Below are positions 44,707 through 55,977 of a stretch of 64,000 nt of DNA, piece by piece (the stretch's first letter is position 1; each line of letters begins with the position of its first letter). The stretch covers positions 96,001-160,000 of the forward strand of contig CAWFAK010000012.1 of NCBI GenBank assembly GCA_963813715.1. Reading direction: 5' to 3'. The notes below the pieces were generated by a model. It saw only the letters and a program-made list of their open reading frames with translations, ran no database searches and was not told where the DNA came from. The stretch is from an uncultured Planctomycetaceae bacterium. GTDB lineage: Bacteria; Planctomycetota; Planctomycetia; Planctomycetales; Planctomycetaceae. The position numbers and the translations under genes were made by a program.

Positions 44707-47554
44707 ATGTCGACGATTTCAAGTAGCTCCAGCACCTCCTCGCCAACGACGATCGTCAACACCAACGGAACGGTGGCGCCGGTCACGTCGTCGGTCGGGC
44801 CCGTCAGCGGTATCAACTACCAGGCGCTGATCACCGCGCTCGAGGCGAGCCAGCAAGCACAGGTCACCGACCTGCAGAACGACATCACGAAAGTGCAGGG
44901 GCAGGAGACCGGCTACCAGACGCTGGAGGCGAATCTCGCGCCGGCGACAACGGCACTACAATCACTCGCGCAGCCATCGACCTTTGAGGATTACCAGGTC
45001 CAGTTGTCCGACCCGACGCAGCTCAACGTGACGGCTGGCACCAGCGCGGCCCCGGGTTCGTACCAGTTCCAGGCGCTGCAGCTGGCTTCGAACCAGACCG
45101 ACCTGTCGACCGGTTTCGTTAATGAAAACTCGCAGGCCGTCGGGGCCGGAACGCTGACCATCGCAGCTGGCGGGGGACTGGCGCCTCCCACGCTACTGGC
45201 CGCGCTCAACGGCAACTCGGGCGTGCAGGCGGGGACGATCAGCATCACGGACGGCGCGGGACACTCGACGACGGTCAATCTGTCGAACGCCTACTCCGTC
45301 AACGACGTCGTCAACGCGATCAACGACAACGGCGTGGCGGATGTCACGGCCTCAGTCTCCGGCGGACACCTCGTCATCACCGATACCTCGGGCGGCTCGG
45401 GCACGCTCAGCGTGGCCAACGTCGACGGCGACCAGACGGCAACCGACCTGGGCATCGCCCAAACGAGCACCACCGGCACCATCACCGGGCAGGACGTTTA
45501 CCAGACCACGGACAACACGCTTCTCTCGCAGATCAACGACGGCAACGGCCTCTATACGGTGTCCGGCGTGTCCGACATGGAAGTCACGCTCTCCAACGGC
45601 ACGCAGCTGCAAGTGAACCTGGGCGGTGCCGAAACCGTCGGCGATGTCCTGAACGACATCAATAACGCCACCGGTAACAACGGGCTGCTGGTCGCCTCGC
45701 TGTCCAACGGCGGGATTCAACTCACCGACAACAGCGGCGGCTCGGGCACGCTTTCCGTCAGCAACCAGAACTCGGCGTCGGTCGTCAGCGAGCTGGGATT
45801 GAACGTGGCCGCGAACGGCAACACGATTTCCGGCACGCCTCTCTTGGCCGGCATGAACTCGGTGCTGTTGTCGAACTTGAACGGCGGCCAAGGCATCACG
45901 CAGACGGGCGAGATCGAGCTGCAGGACCGCACCGGCCAAACCGCGACGATCAACCTCGCCGGGGCGACCTCGCTTAGCCAGGTCATCGATGCCATCAACT
46001 CGGCCACGACTACCGGCGGGCAGAAGCTCGATCTCACCGCAAGCATCGATCAGGCCGGCAACGGCATCGAGGTCACCGACACGTCGGGCTCGACGGCCGA
46101 CAACCTCGTGATTCAGGACGTCGGCGGCAGCACGCTCGCGACACAGCTGGGGATTTCGGTCAACGCGGCTACCAGCTCGGTCGATTCGGGACCGCTCGAC
46201 TTGCAGTACGTCAACGGGTCGACCAGCCTGTCGACTTACGCGCCGGGCGGAACCGCCGTGCCGAACGGAGACTTCACGATCACCAACTCCGCCGGCAAAA
46301 CTGCCACGATTGCCCTCACTAGCTCGGATAAGACGTTGGGCGACGTGATGGGCCTGATTAACACGTCCGGACTCAACGTCACCGCTGCAGCTCAATAGCA
46401 CCGGCGACGGCATCGTGCTGACGGACAATGCCGGCGGAAGCGGGGCCCTGTCGGTCAAGGACGATAACGGGGGCACGACGGCGACCGACCTGCGGATTGC
46501 CGGGACGGGCACCTTGAACTCGGACAATCAATCGCAGATCGACGGACGCTCCGCCACCGTCATCACCATCTCTTCGACCGACACGCTGCAGAATCTCGTC
46601 AATGCCATCGGCCAGTCGGGCAGCGTTAGCGCCTCGATCGTCAACGACGGATCGGCGTTCGACCCGTACCACCTGGCACTGACGTCCAACACCAACGGCG
46701 CGGCCGGGCAGTTTTTCGTCACCGAGACGGGGGGCAACCTGGGCTTTCAGACGACGACGCAGGCTTCCAACGGGCTGTTGCGCGTCGGTTCGGGTTCGTC
46801 CGGATTCATCCAGACGTCGAGCACCAACGAGTTCACAAACGCGCTGCCCGGCCTCAACGTGCAGCTGTTGGCGACGGGCCAGAGTCCGGATACGGCAACG
46901 GTGACGCAGGACACCTCGGGCATCGTGACGGCGTTGCAGAACTTCGTGTCGAACTACAACAACTTCGTGTCGGAATCGCAGACGCTGACGTCGTTCAACA
47001 CGACGACCGATACGGGCGGCGCGCTCGAAGGCTCGCCGACCGTGATGGAGGCACAAAGCCAGCTCGCCCAGCTGGTTACGCAAACCTTCGGTTCGGGCTC
47101 GAGCGGCATCTCCAGTCTGGTCGACTTGGGGATCACCATCGGGTCCAACGACCAGCTGGCCTTTAACGAAACGACGCTGCAAAACGCGCTGCAGGCTAAT
47201 CCAGCGAGCGTGGCCAGCTTCTTCACGACGGCAAAGACGGGTTTCGCGACCGTCGCCCAAACCACGCTCAACGCCATCACGGCCCCGCAAACGGGCTCCT
47301 TCAGCGTGGCGAGCGACACGCTGAACGACTCGATCACCAACTACCAGAACCGCATCACCGAACTCAACCAGATTCTCACCGACCAGGAAAACCAGCTCTC
47401 GCAGACGTTTGCCAACCTCGAGACGAACCTGGCGAAAATGCAGGCCCAGCAGCAATACGTGGGGCTGATCGCCCAGGATAGCCCTAGCAACAGCAACAGC
47501 AGCTCATCCAGCTCGAGCAGTAGCAGCAGTAGTAGCAGCAGCAAGGTCGCCTAG
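44707..47554 (+). CDS. fliD: Flagellar filament cap protein FliD, long form (frameshift near 46390)
   Basis: GPVSGINYQALITAL N-terminal domain; LQNFVSNYN..LVDLGITI..LSQTFANLE C-terminal domain; followed by fliS. Confidence 0.9.
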
Positions 47555-47622
47555 GCCAACCCAGCCTGACCGCCCGCGCGGTCGAGCGATTGCCGCCGCA
47601 TTCCACGGAGAGAATCGAAGCG

Positions 47623-48047
47623 ATGTCCTTTTCCACCGAGTATCTCGAAACCAAAGTCCTGACCGCGACCCCGCACCAGTTGCACTTGTTGGTCATCGAC
47701 GGAGCGATTCGCCACGCCACCTCGGCCGAAGCAGCCCTACTTGCCGGCGACTTCGCCCGGGCCGACGCTCAGCTCGAGCGCTCGAACCAATGCGTCTCTG
47801 AGCTGATGGCCGGCCTCAAATCGAATCGACAGCCACAGCTCGTCGAGCAGTTGAAGGCGGTCTTCGTCTTCGTGCAGCGGACCCTGGGGCAAGCCCAACT
47901 CCGGCACGACCCGCGCGCCTGGCCGACGCACTGCCGGTCCTGCGCCTCCATCGCGAGACGTGGGTGGCGCTGGGCAAGAAGCTGGCCCAAGAATCGGCAG
48001 CGGACGTCCCGGCGGAGGCAGGGTCCGGCTACTCCTGGTCTTCGTAA
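47623..48047 (+). CDS. fliS: Flagellar chaperone FliS (frameshift near 47915)
   Basis: EYLETKVLTATPHQLHLLVIDGAIR; next frame ..LRLHRETW.. Confidence 0.88.
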
Positions 48048-48235
48048 TCGCGAGCGACCGGCGAGCTGCCGCGTTTTCACCTGCCGGGTTATCACCCGAA
48101 CCGGCGGCGGTCTCACTGGTGCAGCCGCCGTTTCGTCCGGTCGTCAGGCCGAGTATCATCGCGGTGCAAGAGCGCCAGCCGATCGGCGGCGGTGCCGCGC
48201 GCTTCGACTCCCTCGCTCCCGGACTGCCAGCGGCA

Positions 48236-48892
48236 ATGATCCCACGCGTTCTCGAACCGGAGGTCATGGACACCGACGAAGAGGCCATCGACTACAACAC
48301 GATGGATCATTCGCAGGTGAACCGCGTCTTCGTCGACGACCTGATGCGCTTAAACGGCCCGACCCGCGTGCTCGACGTCGGCACGGGCACGGCGCTCATC
48401 CCGATCGAGCTTTGCCGCCGGGGCGATCAATGGCGCGTGGTCGCCGTCGATTTGGCCCGGTCGATGCTCGACGTCGGCGGTAAAAACGTTGCGGAGGCGG
48501 GGCTTGCGCATGCGATCGAGCTGAAACTGGTCGACGCCAAGCGGCTGCCGTTCGACGACGGCGCGTTCCCCGTAGTGATGTCCAACAGCATCATCCACCA
48601 CATCCCTCATCCGGCCGACTGCCTGGCCGAGATGATCCGCGTCGTCGCGCCGCAGGGGCTGCTGTTCGTCCGCGATCTCTTGCGGCCGGACACTGAGTCA
48701 CATCTCAAGCACCTGGTCCAAACCTACGCCGGCGACTCGGACGCCCATCAGCAAAAGATGTTCGCCGAGTCGCTGCACGCCGCGCTCACGCTCGAAGAGA
48801 TCCGCGGCCTGGCCGGCAAATTCGGCATCGCCCCCATCTGCGTTCAGCAGACCACCGACCGCCACTGGACGCTGGCCTGGAAGCGCGGCTAA
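48236..48892 (+). CDS. Class I SAM-dependent methyltransferase
   Basis: RVLEPEVMD, VLDVGTGTALIP, SNSIIHHIP. Confidence 0.9.
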   Translation: MIPRVLEPEVMDTDEEAIDYNTMDHSQVNRVFVDDLMRLNGPTRVLDVGTGTALIPIELCRRGDQWRVVAVDLARSMLDVGGKNVAEAGLAHAIELKLVDAKRLPFDDGAFPVVMSNSIIHHIPHPADCLAEMIRVVAPQGLLFVRDLLRPDTESHLKHLVQTYAGDSDAHQQKMFAESLHAALTLEEIRGLAGKFGIAPICVQQTTDRHWTLAWKRG

Positions 48893-49160
48893 ATCGACGT
48901 GCTCCCTGACGGCCGCACGCGCGCGACATCCGGAAGAGTCACGCGGGAACGATTGCGCGGGTCCTGACCGGCGAGCCGCCAGGCAAGGGTCTGCCCACCC
49001 GAAGGTGACGGTTGCCCGCAGAGAGTGCTGTCGTCCACCGGCCGGGAGCCCGCAAAGCTTCGCTGTTCGCTCAAGTCCCCGCGAAGAGCGGACGATTAAG
49101 TCTACGCATTTTGACTCGTTTCACCTGGCAAACCCTCCGAAACCGCCGCCGGAGCCCTCC

Positions 49161-49484
49161 ATGCCGACGATCCCGCTGGATGCCCGACCGACTCGATTGC
49201 GGACCCGTCTCGAAGATTCGCTCATCCGCTTGCAGACCGTACTCCGCCGGGGCATCCAGCGGGAAGCCGACGATGAAACGCTCTACGCACAGTGGCAGAG
49301 CCGTTGGGCCGGTCGCCGCGAGGAGCTGTCCCGACGGCTGACCGCCATCGACAGCCAACTCGAGTCGTGGGCGCCCGAGAGCCGGTCCACGCCCCGCCTG
49401 GCCGTCCTCGGCGACTGCGAGGAGACGGCGATGTTCGGATTCTGCGACGAGTCGGGATTTGGGCCTTTGATCGAAGTAAGGTGA
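49161..49484 (+). CDS. Small hypothetical protein (107 aa)
   Basis: GGAG RBS; helical, charged sequence; sigma-28-like motif upstream. Confidence 0.6.
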   Translation: MPTIPLDARPTRLRTRLEDSLIRLQTVLRRGIQREADDETLYAQWQSRWAGRREELSRRLTAIDSQLESWAPESRSTPRLAVLGDCEETAMFGFCDESGFGPLIEVR

Positions 49485-49534
49485 GCGGTCGGCCGTCCCG
49501 GCATCAAAGAAACGGCGGCTGACCTTACCTGTGC

Positions 49535-50548
49535 TTAGCGGGCAATCGCGCCGCGTCCGCCCGCGGCTTGCGGCTCGCGGAAGAGCTGCTCGGAAAGTCC
49601 GTGGTCGCTGGCCATGCCGAGCGTCTTGTGCCCCGACTTCACGATGCCGTAGGCCGCTCCCTGCGCGCGTAGCGTCAGCAGGGCTTCCAGCTTGCTGGCG
49701 CTCGCGTCGATGACGGGCATGGCGCGGGCCAGCGCCGTCAGCGGCCGCTGCGTTAGCGAGACGTCCGCCACGCGGACGTAGGCAAACCAGGCGTCGGCCC
49801 CGGTGGTGCGGCGGAGGGCCACGTTGGTCAATCCGTATCGGCGGGCGAAACTCAACACGTCGTCCCGGCTCGCGTTCTCCGCCAGGCCCAGAATCCGGTT
49901 GGTCGGGGTGACCGACGACTGGACCGATTGCACGGCCAGATGCGTCATTCCCTCGATCAGCTTGCGTTGCACGTCCAACAGCAGCCCCTCTTGGTGCCCC
50001 TGGCTGAGCACTTGCACCAGCCGCGCCCGCCCGAGGAGTTGTCCGGGCCGATTCGCGGCCGTGCGGCTGAAGCGCTGCAGCACGCTGGTGAGCGCCATCA
50101 AGGGAAAACTGATCGGCAGGAACAAGCGATAAAACAGCGCGAACCAGCCGACGTTCCGTCGCAAGAGCCAGAGCGGCGCCCGATAATACAGGTTCTTGGG
50201 AATCAGCTCGCCGAAGGTGAAGACGAACGGCGCGATGAGCAGCGTCGCGACGACCTCGACCGCCATTCCCTCGGACAGCCCCGCCTCGACCGCGGCAATT
50301 CCCACCGCGACCGTCAGCAGATAGTGCGCGACGTTGTTGCCGATGAGCGCAGTCACGACGAAATTCGTCGGATTCTGGCAGAACCAGAGGATGCGTTTGG
50401 CGATTGGATCGCCGGCCTGCGCATCGATGCTCACTCGCAAATAGCTCGCACGGTAAAAACCCGTTTCGGCGCCGCTGAAAAAGGCAGCCAGCCGCAGCCC
50501 GAAGACGAACAGCGCGAGGGCCCCCAGGTAGGGCAACATGCCGCTCAT
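49535..50548 (-). CDS. CNNM/DUF21 domain membrane protein
   Basis: FFSGAETGFY, LIGNNVA, FGELIPK. Confidence 0.88.
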   Translation of the reverse strand: MSGMLPYLGALALFVFGLRLAAFFSGAETGFYRASYLRVSIDAQAGDPIAKRILWFCQNPTNFVVTALIGNNVAHYLLTVAVGIAAVEAGLSEGMAVEVVATLLIAPFVFTFGELIPKNLYYRAPLWLLRRNVGWFALFYRLFLPISFPLMALTSVLQRFSRTAANRPGQLLGRARLVQVLSQGHQEGLLLDVQRKLIEGMTHLAVQSVQSSVTPTNRILGLAENASRDDVLSFARRYGLTNVALRRTTGADAWFAYVRVADVSLTQRPLTALARAMPVIDASASKLEALLTLRAQGAAYGIVKSGHKTLGMASDHGLSEQLFREPQAAGGRGAIAR

Positions 50549-51834
50549 GCCGGCGCCTCCGGGGCGGGTTGGTCGCGGGTGAGCATGGCCCGCAGCCGGC
50601 CGCGCTTCGAGACTTCGATCACGCGGATGCGGAAGTCGTGCCAAAAGCACTCGTCGCCGACGGCGGGCAAGTGCTCCAGCTTTTCCTGCAGCAAGCCGGC
50701 GAGCGTCACGAGTGCGTCGGCGTCAGCGTCGTAATCGATGCCCAGCCGGCCGGCCAGGTGCCGCAGCGAAGTAATTCCCTCGGCGTGATAGCAGCCGGGA
50801 GCGACTTCGAGCACAGGGGGCCGCGACAACACGCGGGCCGCCCGATCGGGCTCGGGGATCAATACGGTGTTGAGGATGTCGTCGTAAGTGAGCATCCCGA
50901 TGGTCTCGCCAAACTCGTTAACCACCGACGCGACGCTGACCACTTGCTCTCGCAAGAGCGTCAGCACGGCGCCCAACTTGGCGCACCAGGGCACATGCAC
51001 CACGTCCTCCGCCCCCTCCGCCAGGTGCTCCCCAGAAATCATCGAATAGCTCGACAGGGCGATGGCCGACTCGACGTCATCGCTCCCTTCGCGGACGACG
51101 GCCACGTAGTCGCTGTCCGGCATCCGCGACGGCCAGATCCAGCACGCGGACCGGCGTCCGGCACGTCGGATACGTGCCCCGCGGCCGCATCACTTCCTCC
51201 GCCGTGATGTCCGACAGGTCGAGGATGTTGTGCAGGATCTGTTTTTCCTGGCGGATCATTTCCTCGCTCAAGTCGGAAACGTTGACCGCGTTCTCAAGAT
51301 CTTCGGGGCTGAGATAGGGCTCTTGATGGATGTGCGGCAGAAACGTCCGCCGGGCAATCCGCGTCAGCCCGCGAAAGAAGGGGAGCGCGGGGTCGAGCAG
51401 CCGAATCATGGCGACGATCGGCAGTGTGACCAACGGCGCCACGCGCCGTCGAAAGAGCGCGGCCGCCACCTTCGGCACAACCTCGCCGAAGAGCAAGAGC
51501 GCGATCAGCGACACGAAACCGAACACGGCGGCCGCCGTTCGCAAGCTCGGCCGTCAACAGCCGCTCGGAAACGACGATGCTGACTGCGAAATAGAGCAGG
51601 TTGACGACCAGGTTCCAGAAGAGGATGCCGGTGAGCACCCGGTCGGGGTCGGCCAAGAGGGCGGCGGCCGCCCGTTCGCGGGGGCGTCCCACGCGGAAGG
51701 CGCGGATTTCGTCATGCGAGAGAAAGAAGAGGGCCGTCTCGCTGGCGGACAGAAACGCACTCAGGGCCATCAAGCGCCAGCATGGCCACCAGGCCTGCGA
51801 GCCAACGGTCCGTCGAATGCAGGAATTCGCTCAT
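50545..51834 (-). CDS. CNNM/DUF21-CBS-CorC protein (several frameshifts)
   Basis: FLSASETALF, FGEVVPK, EEVMRPR, VVNEFGETIG, TLAGLLQEKLEHLP. Confidence 0.85.
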
Positions 51835-52082
51835 CGCGAGTGGCGAACCGTACCTTCCAGTTCGGGATCCGGGCTGGCAGCGCCGGCCGCCGGCAGGCGC
51901 GGTGCCGCCGCCAAGGGGCTGCCCGCCGCGCGAATCAACCCATTATCAAAGCAGTGTCCGCCCATTATCAAAACAGTGTCCGCGAGAAACAACAGGCGGA
52001 CGAAGAATGGCCGATGAGGGACGCCAAATCAACGCTCGGGCATCGCAAAGTCGCCCATCGGCCAACTGCGTCTGTCTGCGCG

Positions 52083-53844
52083 TCACGTATTGTTGAGCGT
52101 CGTGCGACCCAGCGAGGCATCGAACTCGCTGACGGCGGGGACCAGCATCGCCAGCGTCGTAAAGCCGTAGGCGGTGGCGATGGCGAAACAGACGCCCAGC
52201 GATCCCTGCAGCAGGAATTCGGTGATGGCGTAGAACGTCAGAAACGGAAGCGCGCCGGCCGCCAGCATCAGCGCTGCCGACGGATTGCGATGCGACAACG
52301 ATGCGTACAGGGCAATACTGCCGGCCAGAATGAACACCAGGAAGCTGGCGAACTGCTGGGCGAACGACGAGCGGGCCTCCACCAACAACAGCATGAAGAT
52401 GAAGATGCCGATGAACAGGAAGAAGATCGTCCCCAGGCTGTTGGCGATCGCCGTCCGCGACCGGTCAAAGCTCAACCCGGAATGCAGGCCGAGCATGGCC
52501 GCGAACAGCACCAGCACGGCAAAGCCGATCACCACGTACAGAAACGTCTCGACGGTGACCGTTCCCCCCAGCCAGGCGACGTAGCCGGCCAGGGCCAGCG
52601 GAATAAGGATCAGCTCCTTGGTGTTGTAGAGAATGCCGCCCAGCTTGCCGTAAATGAACTCCTTCGCGGAGACGTCGGTCATCAGCAACAGCTCGAGCGT
52701 CTTGCCGTCGCGTTCGGAAGTGAAGGCGGTGACGGCCTGAGCATTGATGATGATCAGGCTGATCAGGCACAGGCCGACGAAGGCCACGCCGCTGGGCGTA
52801 ATCATCCCCAGCACGAGCTCGCCGGAGGCCGGGTGACGGCTCACCAGATAGCCGATCATCACCGCCATCACCACGTAAGCCGCCTTGATCGCCAGGATCT
52901 TGCGGCCGTAGGCCTTCGTGCAGATTTCCCGCCACACGACCGGGTTGGCCCAGATTCGCCGCGTCTGTGCCACCGGACGCGCGGTGACGACCTTGCCGTC
53001 GGCCGTGAGGGCTTCGTCCTCGGGCATCATGGCTGCGGCGAAGAAGGTGCGCGACGGATTCCAAACACGGAGCCGCAGCAGAGTGATGCCGTTGATCACA
53101 ACCGCCACAATTGCCATCACGAGCAAGAAGTCCCACGAGGCGACGTGGGCGGTCGTCAACCCGTGATGGGCGCTCGAGCGGATCAAGGATCGAAAAGAGG
53201 ACGCGATACGGATCGAGCAGACCGATCCAATGGGCAGCCGCCGAACCGGCGGGCAGCGCGGCCACGATGCCTTCGACCAACCCCAGGAAAATGACAAACC
53301 CTAGCACGGTTACGGCCAGCGTCTGGAACGTTTTCTCGCGCCAATAGGCCACGAGCAGTCCCCAGCTGCCGGCCGGCAGCGCCGACGCGACGCAGATCAC
53401 GAGCGCCCAAATCACCTGGTCGGTGCCCGTGCCCCCCAACAGCGAGACGAAAAACAGCACGGGGATCGACACGACGATCAGCGCCATCACCATCAGCAGG
53501 CTGGCGAACAGTTTGCCAAAGACAAGCTCGTAATCGCGGAGGTCGGTCATCAAGAGCAGGATCAGCGTCTGCCGGTCCTTCTCCTGAGCCACGCCGCTCG
53601 CCGCAAACAAGAGCGCGAAGAACAAAACGAGCGAGAGCTGCACAATGCAGAAGATCTGAAAGACGAGACTGCCGAAGCGGGCCACGTCGCCAAAGCTGCG
53701 GACCTGCTGCCAGCCGAACATCGCCTGCATGGCGGTGTACATCAGCACAAACAGGGCGGCCACATAGCCGGAGCGGATGAGAAAATGCTTCAGCTGACGC
53801 GGCGAAGTCAGCGCCTCACGGCTGAAAATCGGACCGGCAAACAA
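52083..53844 (-). CDS. ABC-2 type transporter permease with two permease halves (frameshift near 53170)
   Basis: EKDRQTLILLLMTDL..GKL and ERDGKTLELLLMTD..GKL, NPVVWRE. Confidence 0.85.
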
Positions 53845-54125
53845 CGAAACTCTCCCGACTCGCGGATCGCGGGTGACAGAACGGCCCGCAAAAAAGAACT
53901 CTTAGGCCAACCGTATCCGAGGCGGACAGACCATTCAAGCCGGCCCCCCCGGCGGCTCTGCAATGCCAGTTTGGCCGTCAGCCGGTCGCGTCGGCCGAAT
54001 TTCTCCCGCTGGTGGCGATCGGCTTGAGAGAAAAGTGGCCTTTCTGGGATTCGGCCGGGAAATCCCTCGATTCAGCCCGTACAGCTCGCCGATAACACCT
54101 TAAACGCCCCCCAGGAAATGTCCCC

Positions 54126-54380
54126 ATGCGCTTCGCAACTCGGGCGGCAGCCGCCCTGCTCGTGACGGCAGCCCTCTTCGTGGACGAATCGGCGACCCTC
54201 GCCCGGGCGCCGGTCCTGCCCATCCCGACGCGCCGCCCGTCCCCGTCCGCGATCTCGCCCAAAACGGGCGGCCAGGGCTCGATCATGACCCCCAACTCCA
54301 AGGGGGGCCAGAAGAAGGGCTGGTCGCCGTTCGGCGGCAAGAAGAAAGTCGGCTCGCGACACCTCAACTCGCTGAAGTAG
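54126..54380 (+). CDS. Small, probably secreted, Lys/Gly/Pro-rich protein
   Basis: Signal-like N-terminus MRFATRAAAALLVTAALF; AGGA RBS. Confidence 0.5.
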   Translation: MRFATRAAAALLVTAALFVDESATLARAPVLPIPTRRPSPSAISPKTGGQGSIMTPNSKGGQKKGWSPFGGKKKVGSRHLNSLK

Positions 54381-54408
54381 GCCAGTTCGCTCAAGTGAGT
54401 CGCGATCG

Positions 54409-55194
54409 CTAGCGGTAGCCCGCGCGACGAAATCGCTCCGCCGGGTCCTGGTGGAAGAAGTTGCGAAACAGCTCGTAGAGCTGCGGGTGCTCTTGCTGCA
54501 TGGCGAGCGGCTGCTCGAAGAACGACTCGGTCACCACCGCGAAGAACTCGGCCTCGCTCACCGTGCCGTACGGATCGAGCAGCGTCGGCCGACCGTGACT
54601 CGTCCGATGGATCAGGCGGTGGTACTCCGCCGTCATGATTTGGGACCACGTCTGATACTGGGCGCGGCTCTCCAGCAGCGGCGCCCCGTCGAATCCGTGT
54701 CCCTGCAGGTCGAGCGCGTGGGCGAACTCGTGGAACACGACGTTCACGCCGTCGTCGGGAACGCGGCCGCTGCGGAGCACGTCGGGCCAGGAGAGCACGA
54801 TTGCCCCGACCGACGACGCTTCACCCAGCCGCGGAGAATCGCTCTCGATCACCACGCCGCCGGGCTGCACTTCGGTCTGCTTTGCCACGTAGCTGCTGGG
54901 GTAGACCAGCACCGAATAGATCGACTCGAAGTATTCTTCGTGGAGTCCGATTGCCAAGAGACCGGCCTGCGCGGCGATCGTGACCTTGATCTCCTCGCTC
55001 ATCGCCAGGCCGTTGCAGCCTTCCCAGTTCTTTTCGGCGACGAGGATCTGCGTGAGCGCGTCGAGGCGTGCGCGGTCCTCCGCGGCGAGCCACGCGTACT
55101 GGGCGAAGTTAGCGGCCAGGAACGGCCGCCATGCCGGCGGTAGCGGCCGGGCCCCAAGGCGACGTCTGCGGCGGCGACGGAGCCAGCCGATCAT
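54409..55194 (-). CDS. Zinc peptidase, M90 / MtfA family
   Basis: NVVFHEFAHALD, LDPYG...AEFFAVVTESFFEQP. Confidence 0.9.
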   Translation of the reverse strand: MIGWLRRRRRRRLGARPLPPAWRPFLAANFAQYAWLAAEDRARLDALTQILVAEKNWEGCNGLAMSEEIKVTIAAQAGLLAIGLHEEYFESIYSVLVYPSSYVAKQTEVQPGGVVIESDSPRLGEASSVGAIVLSWPDVLRSGRVPDDGVNVVFHEFAHALDLQGHGFDGAPLLESRAQYQTWSQIMTAEYHRLIHRTSHGRPTLLDPYGTVSEAEFFAVVTESFFEQPLAMQQEHPQLYELFRNFFHQDPAERFRRAGYR

Positions 55195-55971
55195 CCGGGA
55201 AAGTACTTTGCGAACTGCGATCGAAAGCCGTCGAGCCCCGCGTTGATCAGCCGGACGTCATTCGTCGGCGTGATCAGCCGGCAGCCCTTGCCGACGAGCA
55301 GGTCGCAATGCTCGAGGTTGGCGGTCACCGCCCCCCAGTGCTTGCCATGCTTCGCGCAGGCGGCCGCCACTCGATCGATGGCCGCGATGCACTTGGGATG
55401 AAAGAACTCGCCCGTGACGCCCAGGCTCTGGCTCAGGTCGACGGGGCCGATGAACAACAGGTCAACTCCGTCGATGGCGGCAATCGCGTCGCACTCTTCC
55501 ACCGACTGCAGCGTCTCGATCTGGATGGCCAGAAACGTGTCGCGATTGGCCTTCTTTGTGAACTCGGCAGGCGGAATCCGGCCGAAGTTGGCGTCGAAGC
55601 CACCGTTGTTGAGACCGCGCGAGCCGCGCGGCGCGAACTTGGTCCAGCGGGTGAACTGTTCGGCCTGCTCGGCCGTGAAGATTTGCGCGGCCATCACGCC
55701 GCCGCCCCCCGCCTCCAGGCAGCGGGTGACCATCGCGTAGTCGGTCGGGGCAATGCGGACGAACGTGTCCATCCCGTAGCTGCGGGCGGCCAGCGTGCCC
55801 ACTTCGAGCTGTTCGATCGTCAGCCCGCAGTGCTCGTGATCGAACCACAGCGCGTGAAAATTGCCGGTGAGACCCAGCATCTGCACGATGTTGTGATGCG
55901 GGATGCGGCCGACGCGCGGCCGTCATCACGATCTCGTTGCGGGCCAGCCGCTCTTTAATCGTGGCAAACAT
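55191..55971 (-). CDS. HpcH/HpaI aldolase family protein (frameshift near 55920)
   Basis: WFDHEH, PRGSRG, QIET, FIGPVDLSQSLG. Confidence 0.88.
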
Positions 55972-55977
55972 GGCAGG

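Noticed and set aside
48901..49049. Possible ncRNA (6S or c-di-GMP-like) closed by gctccc/gggagc
   Set aside because: Only short GC-rich pairings expected by chance, with no diagnostic consensus.
51330..53294. 654-aa + strand ORF
   Set aside because: Antisense to the CNNM and ABC permease genes.
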